Source: Antedon mediterranea (lineage: Eukaryota > Animalia > Echinodermata). From it: a DNA stretch of 64,000 nt. The translations under genes and the position numbers were made by a program. The notes beneath the pieces were generated by a model, which worked only from the letters and a program-made list of their open reading frames with translations, was not told the DNA's origin and ran no database searches. The first letter of the stretch is position 1; every line of letters starts with the position of its first letter. The stretch lies in the NCBI RefSeq assembly GCF_964355755.1, contig NC_092675.1, positions 14,728,912-14,792,911 on the forward strand, written 5' to 3'. Positions 12,541-26,200 of this stretch are shown piece by piece.

Positions 12541-12786
12541 ATTTAGTAATAATAATAAATGCAATAGGAAATACTAATATTATGTAAACAATACAATATT
12601 AAGTTAAATTCATAGGCCGATATTATTTTATTATTATAAGGAAATCTGTTTTTGAATGAGAAAAAGCCGTCCCAACACAGATTTGAACCCAGTATCAATA
12701 AAGCTATAACCAGAATAGACCATTATTGTAGCCGGAATTTAGCGTAGACCTACTCGAGGCCTAGTAAGATTAGCTAGAAGAATACA

Positions 12787-13021
12787 GGTCTACCCGTACC
12801 AATTCCAACTCGTAACCAAATTTTGGTTTACTCGTACCCAAAATGTTGGCTCACTCGCACTCATCAAGGGCTGGCTCGTACTCTTCATGGGCTGACCAGT
12901 ACCCATGTTTAATGCTATTAAAAGTTTGGGTACAGGTTAGCAAAAGTTGGTACGATTTGACCAATTATTTGGGTACGGGTTAGCCAAATTGGGTACGAGT
13001 TGGCATGGGTACGGGTTGACC
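12787..13021. mobile_element. Small MITE-like element built from inverted CTCGTACC/GGTACGAG subrepeats
   Basis: Ends GGTCTACCCGTACC / GGTACGGGTTGACC. TSD not resolved. Confidence 0.6.
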
Positions 13022-13423
13022 AGCACCCTAAAAAATGATAAGGGTCAACCCGTACCACTGTGCCAACTCGTTCCCATGCTAGAATACTACTTACAGGTTA
13101 GTTTAGCCTAGCCTGGCTAACCTACCTCACCTCTCACATGCCCTCCTGATAAGTAGGCCGAAAACGCGACCGAAATTACTGGAACCCTAGCCTACTAGGC
13201 CTAGATAGTAGTGATCCGTAGTATAGTACCATGGAACTATAATAAATGGTAGATGTACTAGTACTGTATAGTATAGGCTAACACGTCTGGCTCTACGAGG
13301 CGTTTTTATGCTCATAGGATGGCTTTTTGGGCGTCCCAATGTAGGCCTATGCCTATAGCTAGGACAGATTTCCCATTCCTGCAGCCGGGCCTGTAGCCTG
13401 TGCTCTAGTAGGGCGGCCGGGTG

Positions 13424-14375
13424 GCGATTTTTTTTTTCGTACATAAGTTGGGGACCCCCTCATGAAACGTCACAAAATAAACATGAATAATTCATCAGTT
13501 AAATTTGTTGTTCCGTGTGCACCCAAGCGTATAGCAACAAGAAGTGATTACACAACTGCGATACGATACTTTCTACAGTAGGCCTAGGATTATAAGTCAA
13601 TTCACGTGATTGCCTTCGCGCACTCTTCTTCACACAAAATGTGTCGAGTCGAGGCTAGTCGACAGCTAGGCAAGACAAAACCATGGAGGTATATATTTTT
13701 ATACCTCCATGATTAAACTAAGTAGTAATTCATTGGACATAGCCCAAAGAAAGCTTAGAGCCACAAGAATAAAGAATTGTATATAATTTGTGTACTGTAT
13801 TTTTTTAATTCTGCTATTTTATTATCAAACAATATGCATGTACTCAAAGGAACTTTAAAAATTCCCGTATATGAACACATGAGATGGGAAGATTTGACCC
13901 ACGAGAATAAAAAATGTATTTTTGTGTAATGTTTAATTTTGCTGACTTATTACTCGGATTGTGTCATACCAAAGATAACTATCTTTGGTCATACCTAACA
14001 CACACACATCACACACACCCCCACACAGCTACTACTAGAATAGACACACATGGGTTTAGAGACTAATAATTAGGCCTAATAGTATTAAAATAGAAACTAT
14101 AAATTTAACACGTAATTCTTTAGTAATAAATTATATTAAAAACACCATAAACTAAAGGCTGATTATTTCGACAATCCACACAAAACGCCGCTATCTTCTA
14201 TGAAATCGCACGCCGCAACAACAGCGGAGAATCGTACCGCACTTGTGTGTTCACTTCTTGTTGCTATACGCTTGGGTGCACACGGAACAAGAAAATTTAA
14301 CTGATGAATTATTCATGTTTATTTTGTGACGTTTCATGAGGGGGTCCCCAACTTATGTACGAAAAAAAAAATCGC
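13424..14375. mobile_element. MULE-like MITE, copy 1 (952 bp, ~125-bp TIRs)
   Basis: TIR GCGATTTTTTTTTTCGTACATAAGTTGGGGACCCCCTCATG. 9-bp TSD GGCCGGGTG at 13415-13423 and 14376-14384. The empty paralogous site is at about 1607. Confidence 0.92.
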
Positions 14376-14811
14376 GGCCGGGTGTACCCTGGTCGATTCA
14401 CCCCTGGTCCACTCGTACCGATGCCAACTCGTACTTAACTTCCTACCCTAAACTCGTATCCAACCAAATAATTGGTTGATTTCCCGCTAGACTAGTAGGC
14501 CTAGCCTAGCTACAATATTCATTATGCCCCACTAAAAAGGTAGATGAGCTACTAAACTAATTACGTAATTCGTATAATAATAACAATAATTGACAAGAAG
14601 GCCTAAAAGCGGCGGAAAACCCCTATCCATTCTTGCATGGCAGTACGAAAACCTGCCTATGGTTATACATCATTGTAAATTGTCAACAGACACTGTGCTA
14701 CAGACAGTGTACCGTGTTTTAAAAGTACAGCATTTATAGCAGACAGCAACGTGTATAACTTGCTATAGTTTTACAGATAGCACCTATGGACAGTATCAGA
14801 ATCGGGTGGAA

Positions 14812-15628
14812 TCATCGACTTCCAATCTCTAAAAGATACAGTAGGCCTAATGAACACGAAACCAAAATGTACTTTATGTAACCAAAACAATACTGGAGAC
14901 GAATACCACTATTTATTTATTTGCCCCTTACTTGTTCCCATGCGCCAAATATGCATTCAAAAGTATTATGTCACCCGCCCAAATAGAACCAAAATGCACC
15001 AATTACTTAATACCAGATCCAAAAAAAAACCTATTAAACTTATCTAAATTTATTCATGAAATTTTGTTTTAGTTAGATGTTCCTTTTCGATATATCAATT
15101 ATGTATAAGACCAAATATTTATTTCTGGAAGTGTTTAGTTTGTTTCTGTATAAGATTGAAAGAATGTACCCTGGAAAAGGGTCGATAATGAAATAAAGAA
15201 TCATTTTCATTGTCATTGCATAAACAATTATAGGCCTACTAGTTCTATATCTAATAAGGTATTTCCTGTTTGTTAACACTGTTTAATATATTTTTCCTAT
15301 TGTAATTACGGAGAATATAATGTTGTAAATATATTTCCTTCATGTTGTACGTAAGGTGGGGGGTGGGGAGGGTGCGATTAGTGATTGGTTTTCTAGATTA
15401 AGAGTAATCATGCACTGTATTTAAATTACATGTTGTACTTGTTATGTTTGGAGAAGGGGAGGAGAATGAATGGCTTTTATTACATGTTACCGTATGTAGA
15501 TTAAGTAAGATTACCTATTTTTTGTCTATGTTGTGCTTTCATTATATATTTTTGTTGGACGCACCTTCAAAATGTGAAGTGTGCCACTGTTACAAAAGTG
15601 AAGTTCCGAAATAAATTATTATTATTTT
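14812..15628 (+). pseudogene. RTE-X LINE 3' end (zinc knuckle, 3' UTR, (TAT)n tail)
   Basis: NHRLP..., CTLCNQNNTGDEYHYLFICP, then AATAAA + ttattattatt. Probably the continuation of 10503-11269. Confidence 0.8.
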
Positions 15629-15817
15629 ATTAATCATTATCAAAACAAAGAAATTACACTTAATTACTAAAACAGGAATTAAAGCTAATTGATTGATGGC
15701 CGAAACAGATACTAATGACCAAAACATGTTTAATCTTATAAACAAATAGTGGACCACAGGCATTTCCAGATTACCCTATGAGGAGTAAATGTGGTGTCTA
15801 TTCACATTTTAATACAT

Positions 15818-16892
15818 TGTTCAGACCCATGGCGTTAGACCGTTTTAGCGTACAACGTTACTATCAAGGTCACGTTACAAACCGCAGAGAAAAAAACGAG
15901 GTGTTCAGACCCATAGCGTACGATTATCGTTACAACGGAAGTACGTCATTCAGGTTGTTTCTAGTTGCATATTCATGTGCTCTTACCCACGTGTTTTCAT
16001 CATTATTTCCACTGTATTATAGGCCTAGATCTCAGCCCTACAATTATGAAAAAAATTTGCCGTAAATAAAACATACCTCAGCATTTATTTAAGAAAAATA
16101 TAGTAAAGCCAAATTTCTGTTTCTATTGTTTTTATTTTGTATTAAAAAACATTTTCCCCAGGTTCTTGTGTTACGAAAATAAAGCAGGCCTTCTAATGAT
16201 GAAGAAAAAATTGATTGTGATTAGTCTATCCAGTCCAGTCAAAAGATATATATTCTTTGTTCCAGTCGGTTGAAAATAACCCTTAACTTGCTAATAAAAG
16301 GGACACAGCTCCCCTTGTTTGTTTACTGATTTTTTTAGGAGTTAGGGGGTTTTCAGCATTAAACTTGTCCAGTCTAGTCTGCCTTGTATGATGAATGAGT
16401 GACTTGATTGTCCCACGCTAGTTTTTAGCTTGAATGAAATGCGTGAATGGCTCTAGGCCTAGCTAGGCCTAAAAGCGGATGGGATCGTAGTCCCTATGTT
16501 TAAATACAAGGTGCATGTATTATGTCATTTGTTAGAAAATATAATGGTAATCAGTTGATAATAGTTTGTAGCCTTTGTAACAGTTGTATTTGTAGTGTAG
16601 TTAGGCCTTATTTATTCTGGCCTTTTTGTTATTGAAATCCATCTCACACATTGACGATACAAGATGTCAGCCTAGGTCAAACCTTGTTTCGCGTCATAAC
16701 AGGAAACGTTCTGATTGGATACAACGTTGACTTACAGTAGCGTCGTACGCTAAAACGGTACTATCAACCGTTTTCCACTAAACGCTACAACCGTTGTACG
16801 ACGCGTTGTACGCTAATCCCCAACTGTTCAGACACACATTCTTTTAGCGTCGTACGCTAAAACGGTCTAACGCCATGGGTCTGAACAGGGCC
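15818..16892. mobile_element. PIF/Harbinger-like MITE
   Basis: TIRs TGTTCAGACCCATGGCGTTAGACCGTTTTAGCGTAC and its inverse, ending ...CTGAACAGGGCC|TTA. The left terminal bases are lost. Confidence 0.8.
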
Positions 16893-17099
16893 TTAGTCCA
16901 AAAAAAAAAATACTTAATAGCATTCCAAAATGCTGTAAATCAATCAAAATAAAAGAATCAAAAAGCTGAAAGTAATGTACACCCATCTTTTGAGAAAATG
17001 GCACCTGACATTTCTTTACAAAATTTAACAGCACATTTAACATAACACTATGCTATTAAAAGAAATCAAATAAAATGAAAGATAAATTTAAATATTTTA

Positions 17100-17590
17100 C
17101 TTCTTAAAATCATAGCTGAAATCACGATATAGCATAATGAAATACAATATAATTAAATATTGTTTACGGTAATCTAATAACATACTGTATGTTTCAATTT
17201 CAAAATACGGAAAATAATACTTACGTTAAAACTATTAATAAAAGATATACAGTGAATTAAAAATAAATGATATAATTATAAAGTACACACTATAATTATA
17301 ACGATATACAATTTGTTACAGATAATTTTTAAATGATATAATTATAAAGTACACACTATAATGATAACGATATACAATTTGTTACAGATAATTAAAACTT
17401 AAACAGAGATAATGACATTGACTGCGGTTGATATAATCATAGTTGAAATCACGATATAGCATAATGAATGATACAATTATAATGAAATATTGTTTACGGT
17501 GATCTAATAACATACTGTACACACAATATAACGAAATACAATTTGTCACAGATAATTAAAACTTACACAAAGATAATCACATTGACTGTG
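17100..17590. repeat. AT-rich tandem duplications downstream of the Gypsy pol
   Basis: Repeated GAAATCACGATATAGCATAATGAA and TACAATTTGTTACAGATAATT blocks. Confidence 0.7.
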
Positions 17591-18640
17591 GTTTAAGGGT
17601 TATAGGTGAAGTTAAACTTTCACTTAAAATGTGTTGATTTGATGTAAAGCCATATCTGTCAATATTTTTACGGGTTCGAACTGGTCTTAGTGGTGTATTT
17701 GTTGTAGCAGATAAAGTTTCTGTGTCACTAAGATTTGTACTAGGGATGTTGTTGCTAGGTATTATATTTTCTGTATCTGGTGTTTCTTTCTCAATTTCAG
17801 TTGGTACCCCTTTCCCCTCGGCTTCTGAATTGCCGTCAACCGGTGGAGGGTCGACAATAAGATCAGCCTCAACAATTATAGGAAGAAACATACATTTTGT
17901 TAACAGATTGTGGTGAACAGTTCTAAGCTTGTCATTTTTTGTATTTGAAATGGTATAAACTGGAACATCTGGGTGTTTAGAAATTACTATATGAGGAGCT
18001 GATTCCCATTTATTTGCTAGTTTCTGTGTACCTACAATATGTTTACGTTGTACTAATACACGTGCACCAGTTTCTAAGACAGCATCAATTGTTCCTTTAT
18101 CATAAGTTTGCTTTTGTTTATGTCGAGCTTTTTTGAGGCAATCTGTTGCAGTAGTATAAGATCATTCGAGAAGATTTCGCGACTGGTTTACATATTCTTC
18201 ATAGGAATCTGGGTCGGAATCGGATTTAAGGCCGAGAATGACGTCGATTGGTAAATTTGGGTGACGGCCAAAGAAGCATACCCTGTTGAATCATGACGAG
18301 TTGCATTGTATGCATGAACCATATAGGGCTCACAAATTCTTTCAAGTTCAATTTTTCTTTGGAATCTAAAGTACCTAACATGTTCAACAAGGTGCGGTTG
18401 AATCGTTCAGTTTGTCCATTACACTGAGGATGGTAGGGTGTGGTTCGGGATTTGTTAATGTTACATAATTTCCAAAGTTTCTTAATTAAATTGCTTTCAA
18501 AGTTTCGACCTTGGTCAGTGTGAATTTTGGTGGGAATACCATAATGCAAAATAAAAGTTTACCATAATAATTGCTACGGTTTCGGCTTTTTGATCGCGAG
18601 TAGGGTAAACTTGAGAATATTTAGTGAAGTGATCCATTAT

Positions 18641-19270
18641 TGTCACGAGATAAGTTAGATTTATGTTTTTCAGGTACCTTACGATCTTTTTTACAATACA
18701 ATAGAAGTTCATCAGTGCAGAACACGCTTTATATTTCTGTATGTACCAAGTGGTAGTCTGTGATTGGATACTCACTTGCACACACGGTATCACTTGTTAT
18801 GCAAATTAGCAGGATAGAATGTTCTACCACGGGTTTAGATTAGCAGTTGCACAGTTCTGGGCGTAGAGAATAGATGTGGGCTAGGAAAGTGTTGATGTAC
18901 ACCTTGGCTAAGGCACATTATTCAGAATACGTAGATAGAAGGTAGCTAATGCTACACGTTAAAACTGTGAACTCAATAAGCCCAAGTGGGGAAATAACGA
19001 CCATGGTCGGAGGAGAAGCTGATCTCCGTATAAAGTTATTTGTAATAAGAAGTAGTGTAGAGGTAGAGTAGTGATCATTGCAGTATTGGAACACTGTGGA
19101 ACAATTCATTGTGAACGCCGAAGTACACGGATAGAGTCACGTGGACTGTTATTTTGCGTTGATTAGGCCCTATATCCGTTTGAAACGAACTGTATTTGTT
19201 GGACTATTAAATCATTTAAACATATTATTATTACTAGTTTGTGTTTGTGTCGGACAGTAATATCGTGACA
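18641..19270. mobile_element. Solo LTR (630 bp) inserted in the Gypsy integrase
   Basis: TGTCACGA...TCGTGACA termini. 5-bp TSD ATTAT/GTTAT with one mismatch. Removal restores HILVI(T)DHFTKY. Confidence 0.8.
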
Positions 19271-20746
19271 GTTATTACCAGTATATGTTCATGCCCGCCT
19301 TTAGACCTTTCTAATTTTAGGAAGTCCATACCAATTATCTTCATAGGCTCTGAACTAGTTATATTAACCATAGAGTCCCTAGCGTTAATTGGTGTCTTTC
19401 TAAGGGAACAATTCTTACAACTTTCAACCTAACTTTTGACAAATTCAGTCATTTGGGGCCAGAAAAATCTACGTTGGACAAGATCGCGGGTACGTTCTAT
19501 GCCTAAATGACAACCATTATTGTGCAGGCTTTCCCGGGAACTCATGAGGTAACACTAATCGATAGGTTACTTACGTTCCCGTCTACACATCTATTACTAG
19601 TAAATCATCACGCAAATGTAACTTATTCCATTGTCTCAAATATAATTGAATTTCATATGGGTACTTATTTCTCTTAATTAGTTGATTGTGATTTTCAAAT
19701 AAGTATATTACTTGACCGATATTAGGATCATCCCTTTGAGCATTAATTAATTTGTTTAGACAAATGGGGTAGCCTAAAGGAACCTGTTGCAAGGTGAGTG
19801 TTATTGGTGGGACCAAGTGTTGAATAGGAACAGTTTACGGGTGGAAGAAACGGGGTAGGGTCAGTTAAATGTCCATCGCAAACAGCTTGTACTACTTGAG
19901 GAGAGAATTTTGCAGAGGTAAGATGAGTTATTAAAATTGGGTAATTTTAACAGAGTAGAATCAGAATCAGTTCTAGATAAAGCATCAGCTGCATTGTTGT
20001 TTTTACAGGCACATATTTAAGGGTAAACTCAAACTACGATAAAGCAGCAACCCATCGTTGACTGGTGGCATCTTATTTAGCTGTTGTAATTACATATAAA
20101 AGGGGGTTATTATCTGTATAAACTGTAAATATGTTGCCTAACAGGTAATCTCGGAATTTGTCGGTTACTGCCCATTTCAATGCAAGAAACTTATGGGCTG
20201 GATAGCGAGATTCGGAAGGGGTTAAATTTCGGCTTGCATAGGCGATAACACGTTCATTACCATTTCGTTCCTGACTCAGAACTGCACCTAAACCTACTCA
20301 TGAAGCATCGGTACGAACTGTAAATGGTAGAGCATAATCATCACAACTAAGAATAGGAGCTGGTGTTAAAATGGAAATTAAATTATTAAAGGCCTCCTGA
20401 CAATCGCTAGTCGAGATTAAAAGGTTTTGTTGGGTAATAGATTTTTCCTCTTTTCTTTCGTTTAGGGTCGCCCCAAGTCAATCTATATAGTGGGCAGAAA
20501 TTTAAAAATAATCTTTAATGAACCGACGATAATAACCAGAAAAACCCAAGAAACGTTGTACATCACGTCGATTAGTGGGAGTTGGCCATGTTTGAATTTG
20601 ACTAATTTTGTCTGGGTCAGTGGCAACACCATGAGCTGAAATTATATGACCTAAATATCGAACTTCTTTTTGAAGTAGATGACATTTGGATGGTTTAAGT
20701 TTAAGACCATGCTTTCTTAAGCGTTGAAGCACTAGTTCAATACGGG

Positions 20747-20771
20747 CATGGAGGTATTTTATACCTCCATG
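20747..20771. mobile_element. 25-bp hairpin with a 7-bp TSD; candidate P-superfamily excision footprint
   Basis: ATACGGG|CATGGAGGTATTTTATACCTCCATG|ATACGGG. Removing it plus one TSD restores the RT frame HLARIELVLQRL. Confidence 0.75.
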
Positions 20772-21799
20772 ATACGGGCAAGGTGTTCTTCAAATGTTGA
20801 AGAAAAAACGAGGATATCATCTAAATATAAAAGTAAAAAAGAGTAGTTCAAACCCCTAAACATGTTTGCATTAGTCGCTGGAAAGTAGCAGGGGCATTTT
20901 TTTTTAATCAAAATGCATCCTATTACATCCAAAAAGACCCATTGGCGTAGTAAATGCTGTTTTAGGCTTGTCACGTTCCTGGTCAACCTCTACTTGCCAA
21001 TACCAAGAAGTAAGATCAAAAGTGGAAAAATATGTGTATTTACCTAGTGCGTCTAATGTATCTTCTATACGAGGTAAAGGAAAAGCATCGTGTACAGTCT
21101 GTTGATTCAATTGCCTATAATCAATGAGCCTTCTACCTTTGCTCAAATTATATCCATTTCTTCTCAGTAGTGTGATATCCGATAGTTTGCCGATGAGGGC
21201 AGTAGAGGAGACCGCATTGGTAGAGGAGTAGAGAAGGGAATAGAAAATAAAGACTGTTATTAAACGTTAAATACTGGTTGTTCCTAGCATCATTTCATTG
21301 TTGTCTCTACCATAAGTAGCCTTTTATAAACATTCCCTGTCATTTCAACTTTTGTTATATTGGACAATTATCACAACATTTAATAATATCATTGTGTTTT
21401 GTCTGGTTGAACAATGTTTATTCTATGGAGGTCTACCTGGTTTTCTCTCTGTATTTTTATGAGCTGGGTCAAATTGGATAGAAAACAAACTCCCTAGCTA
21501 CTGTAATTTTTTCTATTTGAAAATTGGGCCAGATTAAATTTCATGAAAAAAGGCCATTATAAATGAAAATATTGGTAAAAATTGTATAAGAATAGTGTTT
21601 TGTTGTATATTTATTTAATGCAAGTCATGTAAAGTTGGTCCACACACAAAATGGCCTATCATTTACCGTTGTGTAATTTGATAATACCACCAATCACCTA
21701 GCTGGGCAAAGTTTTACAGCCTGTGTTCTTGAACTGGGCATTCACATTCATTTGCCAATCACAATTTCCACCTCTCATAGGACTATTATTACAAGAAAA

Positions 21800-22300
21800 A
21801 GATTAGAAATTTTATTCCCGGAGTCTCTATTGTCTTCTTCTTCTTGAAAACCAAGATCCCTACTAAAAATATTTTCAATATTGTATTCATACTGGGTCTC
21901 TGTTGTGCGGTTTTCGAAAACAGACACTGCCACTAAAAGTTCACAATATTAAGTTTTACGATTTTTGTTGTATTGTCATCAAACACAGTAGGGGTTTTGA
22001 GAGACCTTGAAAACAGGGGACCAACCTAACACAATATTGAAAACTTTTACTGTAAACAGAGATCTCTACTAAAAAATCTTGTATACCGAGTCTCTGTTTT
22101 GGGGTTTTTGAAAATAGAGACCCCTCCCCACAAAAAGTTCACAATATTATGTTCAAGAAGGTGGTGTTTCTCTGTTTCTATGAAATTATGAAAACAGAGA
22201 TTCCTACTAAAAATTCTCAATATTGTGTTTTAGATGGAGCCTTTTGTTTTCAATATTACTTACAAACATAGACCCCACTAAACTGTCAATACTATGTCAT
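21800..22300. repeat. Degenerate tandem repeat (CTACTAAAAA..CAATATTG / GAAAACAGAGA units)
   Basis: Motifs recur 4-5 times. Confidence 0.6.
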
Positions 22301-23200
22301 TCATACAGTACAGTAGGGGGATCAGGCTGGTTTTCTCCCTGGGACATTTTCCATTCCACATTTTCCCATGGACATCTACTACTGGATTTCCGCCGGGGTA
22401 AAATGTCCAAGGGGAAACCAGGCTAGAACCTACAGTAGAATAGTCTCTGTTATCAAGATTTATTGAAAGCAATGACGCCATTCACATTTTCCCAAGTGTG
22501 TTCTCGTCTCTGTTGTAATTGTAAAATTTTGGATTTTGAGTCTCATGCTAATTGTAAGATATATGCCTGAGAAGTACATAACCATCTAAACAATTTAGAA
22601 AGGCAAAATTAAATGTCAATTAAAAGTCAATTTAGCAGCCATTTATATGTTTGGTGGCCATCTTGGATTTGGGAGGACATTTCGGATTCGAACTCAAATT
22701 CTAAATTAAAAGATACATGCTGAGGATAACCTATCCACTTTAAAAAGTTGGAAAAGAACATTTAATAGCCATTATGAATACAGTTAATATAATTTTGGCA
22801 GCCATTTTAAATTTTGGACGCCAACTTGGATTTGAAAAACAAATTAAGCGTGACTCGAAAGATTATGGTATTTGGATAAAAAAAATCCGAGTGGAAAATT
22901 TTATTGAGAAAATATTTTAAAAATCGCTGTTTTATCCTGGTTTGGACCAGTGTAACATTTGACCTCAAATTGTGAGTGTTTTTATTTAAATTCCTGTAAT
23001 CCCGTACCAAATTGCGTTTCACAATTTTCACCCAAAAACTATACCAATGTTTGCATGTAAACATATCAAGTTTGCTATCATTAGATAATTTAAATAGATA
23101 TTATATGATACTTCATTTGATAAAATGTGTTATACCAGTCATACGTTATATCTAAACAAGTGATTAATACCAAATTTGACATATTTGACGTCTAATGACC

Positions 23201-26200
23201 TGTTGTGATGTTACCTCCTATATCTTTGTAGACTCGACATACAAGACATGTAACACATATTTATATAAAATAAATGTATAACTTCAATCTTCAGGTATAT
23301 CGGCACCTTAACCAGAAGTGGAAGTCTTTCTCTCATAAAATCACCAACCAAACTTAACTAATTCAAATTCAAATTCAAATATTCTTTATTCATCCTCAAT
23401 CATGAAAATATACAACAACAATATATGAGAACATAAAAAAGATGAAAAGGAAACACATAAAAACTCAAAAGAGCTTGATTAGTTGTGTCCCCCTACGTCC
23501 CTAACTAGCCTAAAAAACTAAAACATAAATAATAAAAAAGCTAAATCCTGCAACAAGTATTATTTTAAAAATTATTTGTAAAATGATAATAAATGTTCTT
23601 TAAACAATGATTTAAATATATATATATTGATTTGGTACTTTGTAGTTCGTAATTCAAGTCATTCCACAATTTGGGTCCCACACATGACACAGTAAAACTA
23701 GTAGAAGTACGATTACGTTTTCTGAGTCTCATTTTGTCTTTAGATCTTGTATTATAATTATGGTAAGAACCATTTTTAATAAAGAGCGATGAAAAACGCA
23801 CGTCCTGATTAGTAGTAACATTATACATGAAAAGCCAAATTTGGTACCTATTGATATCCGCAATTTTAAGAAGTTTAAATTTATAGAAACATTCAGTCAT
23901 TGAATCATTAAACTTTGACCATGTTATAGCTCGTAATGCCCTTTTCTGGAGTTTAAATAACTCATCTAGATAACTTGGAAATGTGCTACACCATATTATG
24001 TTGCAATAATTTAATACTGGTTCAATGAGTGATTTGTATATTGTCCAGAGAGCATAGGTTGGTAAAAAATGTCTTACTTTATATATAGTATGCCTACATA
24101 TCGAGATATTTTCCTAGCTGTAACATTGATGTGGTTCTTATATGTGAGAAATTCATCAATATGTACTCCAAGGAATTTAGTCGATTTAACTCTATCTATT
24201 CTTTTATTGTTGACATAAATATTTACATTCTCTAAATTACTTGGATTTCGCTGAAAATTATGTAGGCCTAATTAGTTTTTTTAACGTTGATTGATAGTTT
24301 ATTGCACATGAACCAATCCGAAACTTTTTTTAGTTCACCATTAACTAGTTCTATGAGCATATCCAAGTTTTCGTGAGATGCAGATATGTTTGTGTCGTCA
24401 GCAAATAAAACAAAAGATAACGAGTTTGAGCAATTAAATACATCGTTTTAATGTACAAAATACATAGTAGAGGCCCCAGAATTGAACCCTGTGGTACACC
24501 GCAATTTATATCCATCAAACACGAACTTGTGTTATCAATAGACGTAAATTGTTTCTTTCCACTAATATAGTTTCTAAACCATTTAAGGGCCGTGCCTCTT
24601 ATGCCATAGTGTTCCAATTTTTTAAGAAGTATATCATGGTTGATGGTGTCAAACTCTTTTGACAAATCAATAAATATTCCGATGGTATTTTTTTTCTTAT
24701 CAAGCGCATCGGTTATTCGTTCAACCAGATCTATGGCGGCCATAAAAGTAGAACTGTTTTTTCTGAAACCATAGTGTGCATTATTAAGGATGTTAAACTT
24801 TGTGATATAATTATTTACTCTAATTTGAACAATTTTTTCAAGAATTTTTGAAGCGGTAGGCAGAATAGAGATCGGCCTATAATTGCTGACGTCACTTGTA
24901 TTGCCAGATTTAAAAATTGGAACTACTCTAGCTACATTCATACTATCAGGGACCATGCCTGTCTCAAGAGAGAAGTTAAAGATATGTACAAGAGGAGATG
25001 CCACAGCAGCAATAATATGTTTTAGAATGCGATTACTTAAGTTATCAACACCTTCTGAATTTGAATTTTTGATTTGACTAACTATTTCAATGACCTCTTC
25101 TTCATTCGTAGGATTGAAAAATATGGATTGGGATTGACTCTCTTTCATATATTGTTTAAAGTCAGAATTGTTTACATTTGGTATTTTGTTTGCTAATTCA
25201 TTTCCAATGTTGGAGAAGAAGTCATTAAAAGCGTCAGACATACCTTTTGGATCACATACCAAAGTTTTATTACTATGGTTAATTACCTCATTTGGCTTAA
25301 CACTCGATTTTTTTCTATTTAGAACTTCATTTAAAACTTTCCATGTTTGCTTTGAATCGTGTCGAGCTGCATCCAGTTTTTTGGAATAATATTGTTTTTT
25401 CCGAATTCTAATTAAATGAGTTAATTTATTTTTGTACTTTTTATATATATATTTTAATAATTGTGTTGGGGTTTTAAGGTATTTTTTATAAAGTTTATTT
25501 TTCTTTTTTATTGAAATCAAAATTCCTGTTGTGATCCATGGTTTTTTCTTTGTATTACCATTTGGCTTATTACTTTTTGTAGGTATGTTATTAGGATAGT
25601 TCACCCCAATCCTCAATAGAAATAGCAATAAGCAAGTTATTTAATGTTGTATAATTATTTTTTGTTTTGTAATTGGAGCTTGTGTGTTAGTATTTAATGA
25701 CAAGTGTGTTGTCATGAAAATGGGTAGATGATCGGTAATGTCAGTGACTATTATTCCACCAAGCGAAATGTTATCATCATTTGTAATAATATTATCTAAA
25801 ATTGTAGCAGAAGACGATGTTATTCTGGTGGGTAAGTTGATTAATGGATTAAAAGATGTTGAGTAAATAATGTTTGTGAATTCCTGTGTTGTTTTTTGAA
25901 TGTCATATTTTAATAAGTCTTGATTAAAATCTCCTAAGATATAGCAGTTTTTGTTTTCGCGATTAAGTTTATGTAAGATTTCTTCCAGATCAGAGTTAAA
26001 TGAGTTGACGTTTGAATTTGGTGGTCGATACAACATACCTACAATAGTATTTTTGCCGTTTGTGTTTATTATTTCTAGAAAAAGTGAATCAATGGAGTTA
26101 TCATTAAATACAAAATCATCACGTGTTACGGTGTTGATTTGTTCTTTTAAATATAGACAAACTCCACCACCGACTCTACCTTCTCTATTACAAGTGTACA

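Larger units (their letters stand above)
17577..21146 (-). pseudogene. Gypsy LTR-retrotransposon pol relic (RT-RNaseH-integrase)
   Basis: IDYRQLN..AFPLPRI, YLDDILVFS, LKLKPSKC, RFLGFSGYYRRF, IHTDQGRNFES, TTPYHPQCNGQTERFN. Many frameshifts. Confidence 0.93.

Noticed and set aside
22316-22430. Small degenerate MITE-like inverted repeat
   Set aside because: The TIR and TSD are too degraded to define boundaries or family.
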